From: Clostridia bacterium
Lineage (GTDB): Bacteria > Acidobacteriota > Terriglobia > Terriglobales > Acidobacteriaceae
Direction of reading: 5' to 3'
Assembly: GCA_035627675.1 (NCBI GenBank)
Contig: DASPLH010000062.1
Coordinates: 1,500-65,499, forward strand
Length of the DNA: 64,000 nt
Within the stretch, counting starts at the first letter, position 1. The number at the start of each line of letters is the position of its first letter. Below, one piece after another: positions 1 to 9,883 of this stretch. The notes below the pieces were generated by a model. It saw only the letters and a list, made by a program, of their open reading frames with translations, was not told the DNA's origin and did no database searches. The position numbers were made by a program, and so were the translations under genes.

Positions 1-425
1 ACGTTGCTCGGGCGGTAGCGCCGCGCGACTTCGCCCAGGCTCACGCTCGTGTCCGCCATCGAACCCGGCACAGGCCCTTGCTGCCGGGATTCGCGAGACT
101 GGTCTCCGCGTCGAGACCGGTCTCCCGGTCTCGGTCCCTCTCCCGCTCTTGCTCTCTGCTCCCCTTCGGCTTGTGAACGTCCAAGCATGTGCTGTGCGGG
201 TACAGCCACGCCGAAGGGACTGACCACCGCGACTGCGTCCTGGATGGCCACGACGGTCGGCGAGAGCGTGTTGCCGAACGTAACGACGGGAGGCGAAACG
301 ATCAGCCCAGACACACCGACGTAGGCCCCCGGTTGCGCCCTGGTGAACGTTCCCGGGATGGTGACCTGTGCGGCGCCAAGGCCGCAAAGGGCTGCAATGA
401 CAATCAGCACCTGCCAACTGCGCAT
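1..425 (-). CDS. Hypothetical secreted protein, partial (runs off the left edge)
   Basis: My own minus-strand translation. ATG at 425-423 with GGAG about 8 nt upstream. N-terminus MRSWQVLIVIAALCGLGAAQV looks like a signal peptide. The frame stays open to position 1, so it is absent from the ORF track (no stop in window). The distal part is low-complexity and overlaps DNA palindromes at 95-132, so the coding status there is uncertain. Confidence 0.35.
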   Translation of the reverse strand, partial: MRSWQVLIVIAALCGLGAAQVTIPGTFTRAQPGAYVGVSGLIVSPPVVTFGNTLSPTVVAIQDAVAVVSPFGVAVPAQHMLGRSQAEGEQRARAGEGPRPGDRSRRGDQSRESRQQGPVPGSMADTSVSLGEVARRYRPSN

Positions 426-603
426 GAGGAGACTCCCAACCGGTCGTCTCGCTCGCCAGCCTGTGGCCCGGGTATGGGGAGGCCGTGTGGCGTGGGTCAC
501 TGCTGAGAGCCGGACCGGCTCATGCAGGTCAGATTGTTATTCACAAAGCGGGGATGCCACTCTGGAGCGAACCGTTGGACGGCCCCCAGCCGGAGCGGAC
601 CCT

Positions 604-1647
604 TCACGACCCGATGAAGCGGGCGTACAGGCTGCGTGCCACGCCCGTGTCGGTCGTCCCTTTGATGATGGCGCGCCCGTCGGGGAAGAGGGTCACTTCG
701 TAAGGCTCGCGCCAGAACTTCAGCACGAATTCGTTGTGCCGCACGGTGCCGTGCGCTTCCAGGCGGGTCTCCATCTCCGCAAAATCGACGGGGCGGTTGC
801 GCTCATGGATCTGGACGCTGTTGCGGCCGCAGAGGGTGATGTGTGGCCGTGCGTCTCCCGCCAGGTGGATGAGGTTGCGCTCGCCGCAGGCACGGCAACC
901 CGCGCGCGGCCTGGCAACGCTGATCTCGCTGCGGTCGTTGTACCAGACATCGTGCGAGAAGAGCGTGCGGCGCATCTGCTCCCGCGCGCCGGCCAGGTAC
1001 TTCAGCGTCTCCGTGACGGCGATGGAGGCGACCATGTTCACCGCCGAATTCAGGATGCCCGAGGTGTCACAGGTCTCGACCACTCCGCGCGGCGAATCGG
1101 GGAAGATGCAGGCCAGGCAGGCGGTTTCGCCCGGCAGCACGTTCATGGTGACGCCATAACTGCCCACCGCCGCAGCGTAGATCCAGGGCAGGCTGTGTTC
1201 CACCGAGTAGTCGTTGAGCAGGTAGCGAGTCTCGAAGTTGTCGGTGCCATCCAGCACGATGTGCGCGCCTTCGAGCAGGTCCTCGATATTGTCGGGCGTC
1301 AGATCCGCCACCTGCGGATCTACTTCGATCTCCGAGTTGAACGACCGCAGCTTACGGGCGGCGGCAATGGCCTTGGGAAGCGATTCGGCAGCGTCTTCCT
1401 CGTCGAAGAGAACCTGCCGCTGCAAGTTGCTGGGCTCCACGTAGTCGCGATCGATGACGCGCAACCAGCCCACGCCGGCGCGTGCCAGCAGCGAGGAGAG
1501 CGCCGAGCCGGTGGCTCCGCAACCGACCACCACGACGCGTGCATCCGCGAGTTTTTTCTGTCCTTCGGGGCCGATCCCGCGAAAGAGAATCTGGCGGGAG
1601 TACCGGTCTTCGAACTGCCTGTTACTGTTCATCTGTTCGGCTCGCAT
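604..1647 (-). CDS. ThiF/MoeB-family E1-like adenylyltransferase (long Bacillus ThiF-like form with C-terminal extension)
   Basis: 347-aa ORF. Has YSRQILF, the GCGATGS Rossmann motif, DxDxVexSNLqRQ, and CxxC pairs (CLAC, CRAC). C-terminal FPDGRAIIKGT...SLYARFIG matches long ThiF/MoeB proteins as I remember them. TATAAT lies 2 nt upstream of the annotated ATG, so the second in-frame ATG at 1632 may be the real start. Confidence 0.85.
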   Translation of the reverse strand: MRAEQMNSNRQFEDRYSRQILFRGIGPEGQKKLADARVVVVGCGATGSALSSLLARAGVGWLRVIDRDYVEPSNLQRQVLFDEEDAAESLPKAIAAARKLRSFNSEIEVDPQVADLTPDNIEDLLEGAHIVLDGTDNFETRYLLNDYSVEHSLPWIYAAAVGSYGVTMNVLPGETACLACIFPDSPRGVVETCDTSGILNSAVNMVASIAVTETLKYLAGAREQMRRTLFSHDVWYNDRSEISVARPRAGCRACGERNLIHLAGDARPHITLCGRNSVQIHERNRPVDFAEMETRLEAHGTVRHNEFVLKFWREPYEVTLFPDGRAIIKGTTDTGVARSLYARFIGS

Positions 1648-1851
1648 TTATTATATGGCGCACCCACAGACGCCTTGTGGAGAGTGGAAGCTGGCGATTC
1701 CGCGCAACTTGCGCAACCTCAGCGCGTTCATCTGTTTAGGCCTGCGAAGTACAACGATGCGAAGCCGTCGGGCCATCACAGAAAGTGCTGGTCTGAACTT
1801 TCACAGAGCGCATTCTCTGCCGGTGCGTGGAGTTGACTTCGGCGGCGTACC

Positions 1852-4800
1852 TTGCGGTTGGTTCGAAGGAATCCCGTCGCTGCGCGACGGAAGTCGAGGG
1901 GCACCTTGTTCGTGTTCGCTAGAGGCATTCTGGGATGCTGGCTGCTTGCCGGGTGCCTGACGGGCACGACCGCCGGGCAGACCCAGACAGCGCCGGGCAC
2001 ATCGGCGGCCGGCGTTTCGGCGGCGAAGAATCCTCCCGCGAGGACCGACGTCGCTCCCAACCTGCCCTCTCCGGCTGCGGATGCTGTGGCCAAGCCTCCG
2101 AATCTCGGCGCCTTGAGCCAATTCCAGGGACTGATCGTTTCCGGTATCGAGTTCCGCGGCCTGCACAGCTCGATCGCCGAACCTCAGATCCGCAGGCTCT
2201 TACGCCAGAGCACGGGCGAGCCGCTGGACCGCAACAAGCTCCGCGACAGCATCAAGGAACTCTACGCCACCGGGCGCTTCTCCAACCTCCAGATCGAAGG
2301 AGAGCGCAAGCCCGACCGCACGATCACCCTCGTCTTCGTCGCGACCGAGAACTTCTTCAACGGCGATGTGGAGGTCCACGGACGTCCACGGCACGGCCCG
2401 AGCGAGACGCAGTTCATCAACGCCAGCAAGCTCCGGCTCGGCGAGCTCTACACGCGCGACAAGGTCACCGCCGGCATCGCCGCGATGCAGCGGCTGCTCG
2501 AGGATTACGGGTTCTACCGCGCGCAGATCACGTACGACGAAAACCCGCATCCCGACGCGCAGCAGATGAACATCGTGTTCCACGTCAATGCGGGCGAGGC
2601 GGCCCGCATCGGCGATGTGACCGTGAGCGGGACTCCCGGCCTCACGGTTGACGAGATCCGGCGTATCGCGAAGCTCAAGAGCGGCGAGCCCGTGCGCAAC
2701 AACGTCGTGCCGCGCGCTCTCCAGCGGCTGAGGAACCACTACACGAAGCAGGACCGGCTCGAGGCCGAGATCGTGCTGCTCGCCCGCAAGTACAACGAGG
2801 CCGGCAACAAGGTCGATTACGACTTCCGCATCGAGCGCGGCCCGACCATCGACATTCACACGGAAGGCTTCAAGATCGGCCGAGGCCGGCTCCGCCGCTA
2901 CGTCCCCGTTTTCGAGGAGAACGCGGTGGACGAAGACCTGCTCAACGAAGGCCGTCGAAACATACGCGATTACCTTCAGACGGATGGCTACTTCGAGGCC
3001 ACGGTGCAGGTCGCGCAGAAAGCCGAGCCGAAGGACGATCACGTTCACGTCATCTACGAGATTGACCGTGGCGCGCGGCACGAGCTGACCGGCATCGTCA
3101 TCCGCGGCAACAAGTTCTTCCGCACCGAGGACCTCCGCGAGCGCATGATCATGCAGGAAGCCGGAATCCTGCTCTCCCACGGCCGGTTCAGCCAGGGCAT
3201 CCTGAACAACGACCTCGCCGCGATTCGAAACCTCTACGAGGCGAACGGTTTTCAGCAGGTCAAGGTCACCCACGAGATCATCCACGGCGACGACGCCGAG
3301 ATGCAGGTCGTGCTCAACATCGACGAGGGCCCGCAGACCCGCGTCGAAAACCTGAAGATCGTCGGGAACAAGGCCATCGGCAGCGACGAGTTGCGGTCCA
3401 TGCTCCAGACCATCGAGGGGCAGGCGTATTCGGACACCGGAGTGGCCGCCGACCGCGACGCCGTGGTGAACACCTACTTCAACCGCGGCTTCCCGGATGT
3501 GAGCATGGAGAGCACGGCGGCGTTCCACGAAAACGACAAGACCAGGATGGACGTGACGTACACCATCACGGAAGGCGATCGTGTATTCGTCGATCGCGTG
3601 CTCGTCTCGGGGACGCAGTACACGAAGCCTCACATCATCAACCGCGAGTTCGAAATCCGCGACGGCGCTCCGCTCAGCCAGGACGCCATGATCGAGTCGC
3701 AGCGCAGGCTCTACGATCTCGGAATATTCACTTCCGTAGATATGGCCGTGCAGAACGACGAGGGCGAGGCGCGCTACAAGAACCTGCTCTACAACATCAA
3801 GGAAGCGCGCCGCTGGACCCTGAACTACGGTCTTGGTGTTGAAATCGGCACGGGAGCCGATGTAGGGCAGGGCACTGGCGCGCAGGGAGACAACGGGATC
3901 AGCCCGCGTGTTTCGTTCGACGTGACGCGCATCAACTTCCGGGGGCGCGGCCAGTCGCTTCTCTTCAAGTCGCGTTACGGACGCTTCAGCAAGCGTGCTC
4001 TGTTGAGCTTCGATGCGCCGAAGTGGTTCGAATTTCCGAACTGGCGCATGACCCTGACGGCGTTCTACGACGACAGCCGCGACGTGAACACGTTTGCCTC
4101 GGAGCGGCTGGAAGGCTCCGCCCAACTCACGCAGGTGGTGAGCAAGGCGACGCAGATGCTGTACCGGTTCAGCTACCGCCGCGTGCGGGTCGATCCCAAC
4201 AGCTTCCCGGCCGGCTTCAGCCCGGAGCTGATCCCGATCTACTCGCGCCCCGTACGCGTAGGGATGCCAAGCCTGACGTATATCCGCGACCGCCGCGACG
4301 ATCCCACGAACGCGAGCAGCGGCAGCTACAACACGGCCGATCTCGGTGTGGCGGCGGGCTACTTCGGATCGGAGGCAAACTTCGGCCGCGTGCTGGTGCA
4401 GAACGCCACCTTCCACCCCTTCGGCAAAAGGAAGGGATACGTCTTTGCCCGTTCAACGCGCATCGGCGTGGAAGCACCGTTCGGATCGGACCTGACGGCG
4501 AGCGTGAATGGTAGCGGCCCGAGCACCAACATCCCGCTTCCTGAGCGCTTCTTCGTCGGCGGCGGAAACTCGCATCGCGGTTTCGCGATCAACCAGGCCG
4601 GCCCGCGCGATCCTTCCACGGGCGGACCCGTGGGCGGCAATGCGATGTTCGTGAACAACCTGGAACTCCGCCTGCCTCCCACGCCGCTGCCCTTTGTGCA
4701 GGAGAACCTGAGCTTCGTCGTCTTCCACGACATGGGCAACGCGTTCGGCGATCCCAGCGATATGTGGTCGAACCTGCTCCGGTTCAAGCAGAAGGACCCG

Positions 4801-5031
4801 GACCAGTGCCGCAACCTCGATCCGGCGGCCACCTGCGACCTGAACTACGTTTCGCACGCGATCGGCGCGGGAGTCCGTTACAGGACTCCGATCGGGCCGA
4901 TACGTCTCGACTTTGGCTACAACCTGAACCCTCCGGTGTTTCCTATCAAGCAGGCATCGACCGGGGTGGTTCCGCACTCGGAGACCGTACGCCGGTTCAA
5001 TTTCTTCTTCAGCATAGGACAAACGTTCTGA
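1852..5031 (+). CDS. bamA: Outer membrane protein assembly factor BamA (Omp85 family), unusually long at 1059 aa
   Basis: Repeated POTRA-like segments (GLIVSGIEFRG, VTVSGTPG, IVIRGNKFF, LKIVGNKAI, VLVSGTQYT). C-terminal surface-antigen barrel ends in FFFSIGQTF, a terminal-Phe beta-signal. The exact start is uncertain. Confidence 0.9.
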   Translation: MRLVRRNPVAARRKSRGTLFVFARGILGCWLLAGCLTGTTAGQTQTAPGTSAAGVSAAKNPPARTDVAPNLPSPAADAVAKPPNLGALSQFQGLIVSGIEFRGLHSSIAEPQIRRLLRQSTGEPLDRNKLRDSIKELYATGRFSNLQIEGERKPDRTITLVFVATENFFNGDVEVHGRPRHGPSETQFINASKLRLGELYTRDKVTAGIAAMQRLLEDYGFYRAQITYDENPHPDAQQMNIVFHVNAGEAARIGDVTVSGTPGLTVDEIRRIAKLKSGEPVRNNVVPRALQRLRNHYTKQDRLEAEIVLLARKYNEAGNKVDYDFRIERGPTIDIHTEGFKIGRGRLRRYVPVFEENAVDEDLLNEGRRNIRDYLQTDGYFEATVQVAQKAEPKDDHVHVIYEIDRGARHELTGIVIRGNKFFRTEDLRERMIMQEAGILLSHGRFSQGILNNDLAAIRNLYEANGFQQVKVTHEIIHGDDAEMQVVLNIDEGPQTRVENLKIVGNKAIGSDELRSMLQTIEGQAYSDTGVAADRDAVVNTYFNRGFPDVSMESTAAFHENDKTRMDVTYTITEGDRVFVDRVLVSGTQYTKPHIINREFEIRDGAPLSQDAMIESQRRLYDLGIFTSVDMAVQNDEGEARYKNLLYNIKEARRWTLNYGLGVEIGTGADVGQGTGAQGDNGISPRVSFDVTRINFRGRGQSLLFKSRYGRFSKRALLSFDAPKWFEFPNWRMTLTAFYDDSRDVNTFASERLEGSAQLTQVVSKATQMLYRFSYRRVRVDPNSFPAGFSPELIPIYSRPVRVGMPSLTYIRDRRDDPTNASSGSYNTADLGVAAGYFGSEANFGRVLVQNATFHPFGKRKGYVFARSTRIGVEAPFGSDLTASVNGSGPSTNIPLPERFFVGGGNSHRGFAINQAGPRDPSTGGPVGGNAMFVNNLELRLPPTPLPFVQENLSFVVFHDMGNAFGDPSDMWSNLLRFKQKDPDQCRNLDPAATCDLNYVSHAIGAGVRYRTPIGPIRLDFGYNLNPPVFPIKQASTGVVPHSETVRRFNFFFSIGQTF

Positions 5032-5732
5032 TGAAACGAAAGCTCCTGGTACTTGCCTTGGTTGCTGCCGCGACTTCGTCCGCCTTCGGCGCCGATGTGC
5101 TGGACCGAATTGTCGCCGTCGTGAACGGACGTCCTGTTTTGCAGAGCGACCTGGACGATGCGGTTTGCTACGAGGAGTTACGGTTGGGAGCGCCCGCCGG
5201 CAGCGCCTCGCCCCGGCAGCGACAACAGGCGCTGGACCGGCTGATCGATCGCGAGATCATTCGCCAGCAGATCGAGTCGCTCTACACCCCGTCGCAGCAG
5301 GAGATCGCACGCTACCGGCAGAACATCCGGGAGCTGTTCCCGGCGGCAAAGACCGACGCGGAATGGGAGCAGGTGATCCGCAGCTACGGCTTCGGTCCCG
5401 CCGAGCTGGACGCCACCATCGCCTCCGAACTCCAGACCCTGCGCTTTGTCGAAGTCCGGCTGCAACCTGCGGTGCGCGTCGAACGCGACGAGATCGAGGC
5501 TTACTACCGCGAGAAGCTGCTTCCCCAACTGCATGCGCGAGGAGCCACCCCGGACCCGCTGCCGCAGGTGGCAGGACGCATCGAACAAGTCATCCTCGAG
5601 GAGAAGAAGACCCGCATCTTTGAGGCATGGATGACGAACTTGCGCACCCAGAGCACGATCAGGGTGCTCGCCGCCGACGACCCGAGTCTCGGCGCCACAT
5701 CGGCAAAGAACGTGACCGTCGCGTCCGAGTAA
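5031..5732 (+). CDS. SurA N-terminal-domain periplasmic chaperone-like protein (no PPIase domain seen)
   Basis: Internal ATG at 5031 shares one base with the bamA stop (TGATG). MKRKLLVLALVAAATSSAFG is a signal peptide. DRIVAVVNGRPVLQSDLD is the typical SurA N-terminal motif. Confidence 0.7.
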   Translation: MKRKLLVLALVAAATSSAFGADVLDRIVAVVNGRPVLQSDLDDAVCYEELRLGAPAGSASPRQRQQALDRLIDREIIRQQIESLYTPSQQEIARYRQNIRELFPAAKTDAEWEQVIRSYGFGPAELDATIASELQTLRFVEVRLQPAVRVERDEIEAYYREKLLPQLHARGATPDPLPQVAGRIEQVILEEKKTRIFEAWMTNLRTQSTIRVLAADDPSLGATSAKNVTVASE

Positions 5733-5754
5733 ACGACGCGCCCGAGCAGAACGA

Positions 5755-8700
5755 ATGGCGGCCGTGAGAAACGACAACCCGGAAGATATCGCCCCGGTCC
5801 CGGCGGGCAGGGGGCGGTATCCGCGCGCCCGCATCATCGGCGGGGCCATCGCGGTCGCGTTTCTCGTCGCCGTTGTCGCAACGGCCTGGTACTTGAACAG
5901 CGACATGTTCCGGGAGCGTGTCCGCAGAGTCGTCGTCGAGCAACTCGAGACCGCAACGGGAGGGCGCGTCGAACTCGCGTCGCTGCGTTGGAATCTCTCC
6001 CGGCTGGAAGCCGAAGTAACGGACCTGACAATCCACGGGCTTGAGGGTCCGGACGAGATACCGTACGCGCACGTTGACCGGCTCTATGTGCGACTGAAGA
6101 TCCTGTCCTTAATGACGCGCCAGGCAGGCATTCGGGACCTTTCCGTCAGCCGTCCGGTGATCCACATCGTGGTCTATCCCGACGGCACCACGAACCAGCC
6201 CGAGCCCAAGGTCAAGAAGGAGGGCGGCGACCCGATTCAGACGCTGTTCGATCTGTCCATCGAGCGAGCGGAGATCAAGGAAGGACTGCTGATCTGGAAT
6301 CACCGCCGCGTCCCGTTCGACCTGACTGCCGGCAATCTCTCGGCCGGGATGACCTACGCCACGGCTGACAACCGCTACGACGGCACGATCCATGCCGGCA
6401 AGATCGACGCGCAGATGCAGAACATGCGTCCCTTCTCGGCGCAGGCCGAGGCGCAGTTCAGCCTGTTCCGCGATCGCGCGCAGCTCAAGTCCTTGAAAGC
6501 CTCCACCGGACGCACGCGGGTGGAAGCAAGCGGCAGCATGACCAACTTCAAGCAGCCGCGTTTCGATCTTGCGTATAACGCCACCATCGACCTGGCCGAG
6601 GCCGGCTCGATCGCTCGCGTGCGGCAGGTGCGCGGCGGCACCCTCGACCTCCACGGCAAAGGCAACTACTCGCTGGACGGTTTCGCTTCTACCGGCAAGG
6701 TAATCCTGAAGAATGCAACGCTCGATGACGCGTCAATTCATCTGCGCAACGTCGCTGCCGGCGCGGACTTCTCCCTGGACCAGGACCGCATCTCGATCCC
6801 GCACCTGTTCGCCACCGCGCTGGGCGGAACCGTGACCGGAGAGGCCCAGATCGAGCACTGGATGGCTACGCCGCCCGACATCGCGAAGAAGCGCGGCGAA
6901 ATCACTCCCCCGCAGCAGCGCGGGACGGCGAACCTGAAGTTGACGGGTCTGCCGCTGTCGGAAATAACGGCTGCACTCTCCAGCCGCAAGCTGCCGCTCG
7001 ACCAACTGAACGCGGCAGGACTGGCGGCGGGCACGGTCGCCGCCACCTGGCGCGGATCTCCCGCCAACGCGGCCGCCAACGTGGATATGACGATCATGCC
7101 GCCGGCATCCCCTGCCCCGCAGCAACTCCCGGTGACGGCGAGCATTCGCGGCATGTACCACGGCGCGAACTCGACTTTGCGAATCGACGATCTCTCGATG
7201 GCCACGCCCCGGAGCACGCTTACCGCGGCCGGATCACTGGGGCGAACGACCGGCAACGTAAGCTTCAAGGTGGCGACGTCGAATCTCGGAGAGTTCGCAC
7301 CCGTGATCGACGCGATGCGAGGGCCCGGACCGATGCCGGTGGAGTTGGCGGGCACCGCGTCGTTTGACGGTACCGCGTCGGGCAGTCTCAAGGCGCTCTC
7401 CGTCGCAGGGTACCTCGAGGTTCGTGACTTCACGACCGTGCTGCCCAGGGGAACGGCGCCACCGCAGGCAGGGCCAACCCGAGTCGCCCAGACCACCGCC
7501 CCAGCGGCTCCAGCGCAGACGGTGCGTATGCACTGGGACCTGCTCTCGGCCGACGTCGCGTACTCGCCGCAGCAGGCTTCGGTGCGCAACGGTGTTCTGC
7601 GGCGTGCCGGTGCGCAGATAGACGTAGATGGAGCCGTCCAGCTCCGCAAGGGCAAGTACAACCAGTTCTCGCCGATCGACGCGCGCTTGCGAGTCATCGG
7701 GGCGGACGTCGCGGAGTTGCAGTCCATTGCAGGTTACAACTACCCGGTCACAGGACGCCTGGATGTGAACCTCCGGGTCTCAGGCACGCAGGCCGACCCG
7801 CGCGGCAATGGGCGCATTGCGCTGACGAACGCCACCGCCTACGGCCAGCCGATTCGTTCGCTGACGACCGATATCTCGCTTCAGAACCGCGAGGCGCAAC
7901 TGCGCAACATCCTGCTTTCGAGCGACCTCGGCCAGGTCACCGGCGCGGCGGCCTACAACCTTGGCTCGGAGGCCTTCCGGTTCGACCTGCATGGCGGAGG
8001 CATCCAGCTCGCCAAGGTACCTCAGGCAAATCGTCCTAACCTGCGCGCCACCGGCGTGTTGACGTTCGACGCCTCCGGCTCTGGCACGGCTGATGCCCCG
8101 GTGGTCAACGCCAACCTGCGATTGCGCGACCTTACCGTGAACGGCAAAACCCTCGGCGACCTCGATGCGGAGGCCGTGACCAAAGGCTCCGAGCTGCGCC
8201 TCACCGCGCGTTCGAACATGCAGGACGCCAACCTGCACCTCGACGGCACGGTGAGCCTGCGCGGCCAGATGCCTGGGCAGGCCGTGCTGACCCTGTCGAG
8301 CGCGGACCTGAACCCGTTGCTGAAGGGATTCGTCAGGACGGACCTGACGGGCAAGACCGCGATTTCGGCACGCGTCGAGGCCTCCGGCCCGATGAAGAAC
8401 CCGAAAGCCATGCGCGTCGAAGCCGTCGTGGATCGACTGTCCACGGATACGCAGGGCGTTTTCGTGCAGAACCAGGGGCCCATCCGGGTGCGGGTAGTCG
8501 ATCAGGTCGCGACCATCGAGCAGTTTCGCATGGCCGGGGAAGGGAACAGGTTCCTGACCGTCGGTGGAACCGTGGAACTCGCGGGCGCGCGGCGGCTCAA
8601 CCTGAAGGCCGGCGGCGACATCCATCTCAAGATCCTCCAGACGTTCAACCCCAACATCATGTCCGGCGGCTTCACGGATTTCGACCTCGTGGTTGGCGGC

Positions 8701-9882
8701 ACCATTCCGAAGCCGGCGGTCGAGGGACAGATCAACATCCGCGACGGTGCCGTGGCGCTCATCGACTTGCCCAACGGTCTCAGCAACGTGAACGGCTCGC
8801 TGGTGTTCACCGAGAACCGTTTGGAAGTGCGAACCCTCAACGCGCGTACGGGCGGCGGCGATATCGCGCTGGGCGGGTTCGTCACCTTCGACCGTGGTGT
8901 CGCGTTCCACATCACGGCCAAGGGTCGCGACATCCGGGTTCGTTATCCCGAGGGCATGAGCTCAACGGCAAACGCCGACCTGCTGCTCTCGGGCACGATG
9001 AAGAACGCGCTGCTGTCGGGCGAGGTGACGGTTACGCGCTTCGCGATGAATTCGCAGTTCGACCTGTCGCTGTACCTGGCGAGAAGCAAGCAGCCGCCAA
9101 CCACCCCGAAGCCCGACTCGCTGCTGAACAACGTGAATTTCGACATTCACGTCAGTTCCACTCCGGAGCTGCGCGTTCAGACATCGCTGGCAAAGATATC
9201 GGGCAACGTGGATATCCGGGTGCGCGGGACGGCCACGCGTCCGGCGATCCTCGGCCGCGTGAGCATCGTGGAAGGCGACATGCTGTTCAACGGCACCAAG
9301 TATCACCTCGAGCGCGGCGACGTGATCTTCACGAACCCCGTGAGGATCGCGCCGATCCTCAATATCGAGGCTTCGGCGCGAGTGCGCGATTACGACATCA
9401 CGCTCGGGTTCCACGGGCCGGTGGACAAGCTCAGCACGAACTATCGTTCCGACCCGCCGTTGCCTTCCGGCGACATCATCGCCCTGCTGGCTTTGGGCCG
9501 CACGCGCGAGGAAGCCGCGAACCCGGCGATGATGGCAAACGGCCAGCCGCAGCAGACGTTCACCGAGAGCGCCTCGAACGCGCTGCTCGGGCAGGCGCTG
9601 AATGCGACCGTCAGCAGCCGCGTGCAGAAGATTTTCGGGATCAGCCGCGTCAAGATCGATCCGCAGGTCGGCGGGCCCGAGAACAACGCCAACGCCCGCA
9701 TGACGGTCGAGCAGCAGATCTCGAACAAGATCACGCTGACCTACATCACGAACCTCACGCAGTCGGCGCAACAGATCATCCAGGTGGAGTACAACGTCAA
9801 CCGCAACCTGTCGATCATCGCCGTGCGCGACCAGAACGGCATCGTCGGATTCGACGTCCGGCTGCGCCAGCGCAAGAAGTGA
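5755..9882 (+). CDS. tamB: Translocation and assembly module protein TamB (DUF490 C-terminus)
   Basis: 1375 aa with an N-terminal membrane anchor (IIGGAIAVAFLVAVVATAWYL) and a long beta-rich body. The C-terminus (RSDPPLPSGDIIALLALGRT ... LTYITNL ... VEYNVNRNLSIIAVRD) is typical of TamB/DUF490. Confidence 0.85.
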   Translation: MAAVRNDNPEDIAPVPAGRGRYPRARIIGGAIAVAFLVAVVATAWYLNSDMFRERVRRVVVEQLETATGGRVELASLRWNLSRLEAEVTDLTIHGLEGPDEIPYAHVDRLYVRLKILSLMTRQAGIRDLSVSRPVIHIVVYPDGTTNQPEPKVKKEGGDPIQTLFDLSIERAEIKEGLLIWNHRRVPFDLTAGNLSAGMTYATADNRYDGTIHAGKIDAQMQNMRPFSAQAEAQFSLFRDRAQLKSLKASTGRTRVEASGSMTNFKQPRFDLAYNATIDLAEAGSIARVRQVRGGTLDLHGKGNYSLDGFASTGKVILKNATLDDASIHLRNVAAGADFSLDQDRISIPHLFATALGGTVTGEAQIEHWMATPPDIAKKRGEITPPQQRGTANLKLTGLPLSEITAALSSRKLPLDQLNAAGLAAGTVAATWRGSPANAAANVDMTIMPPASPAPQQLPVTASIRGMYHGANSTLRIDDLSMATPRSTLTAAGSLGRTTGNVSFKVATSNLGEFAPVIDAMRGPGPMPVELAGTASFDGTASGSLKALSVAGYLEVRDFTTVLPRGTAPPQAGPTRVAQTTAPAAPAQTVRMHWDLLSADVAYSPQQASVRNGVLRRAGAQIDVDGAVQLRKGKYNQFSPIDARLRVIGADVAELQSIAGYNYPVTGRLDVNLRVSGTQADPRGNGRIALTNATAYGQPIRSLTTDISLQNREAQLRNILLSSDLGQVTGAAAYNLGSEAFRFDLHGGGIQLAKVPQANRPNLRATGVLTFDASGSGTADAPVVNANLRLRDLTVNGKTLGDLDAEAVTKGSELRLTARSNMQDANLHLDGTVSLRGQMPGQAVLTLSSADLNPLLKGFVRTDLTGKTAISARVEASGPMKNPKAMRVEAVVDRLSTDTQGVFVQNQGPIRVRVVDQVATIEQFRMAGEGNRFLTVGGTVELAGARRLNLKAGGDIHLKILQTFNPNIMSGGFTDFDLVVGGTIPKPAVEGQINIRDGAVALIDLPNGLSNVNGSLVFTENRLEVRTLNARTGGGDIALGGFVTFDRGVAFHITAKGRDIRVRYPEGMSSTANADLLLSGTMKNALLSGEVTVTRFAMNSQFDLSLYLARSKQPPTTPKPDSLLNNVNFDIHVSSTPELRVQTSLAKISGNVDIRVRGTATRPAILGRVSIVEGDMLFNGTKYHLERGDVIFTNPVRIAPILNIEASARVRDYDITLGFHGPVDKLSTNYRSDPPLPSGDIIALLALGRTREEAANPAMMANGQPQQTFTESASNALLGQALNATVSSRVQKIFGISRVKIDPQVGGPENNANARMTVEQQISNKITLTYITNLTQSAQQIIQVEYNVNRNLSIIAVRDQNGIVGFDVRLRQRKK

Positions 9883-9883
9883 C

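Noticed and set aside
95-124. Back-to-back GAGACC/GGTCTC (type IIS BsaI recognition sequences) as a sign of engineered DNA.
   Set aside because: The sites form simple palindromes embedded in native-looking high-GC sequence. No vector-like features surround them, and a natural operator or coding repeat is the simpler explanation.
1645-1662. Leaderless or mis-started thiF-like gene (TATAAT 2 nt upstream of the annotated ATG).
   Set aside because: This is a single hexamer in an AT-rich patch. It cannot be distinguished from chance without transcription start data. It is noted in the feature evidence only.
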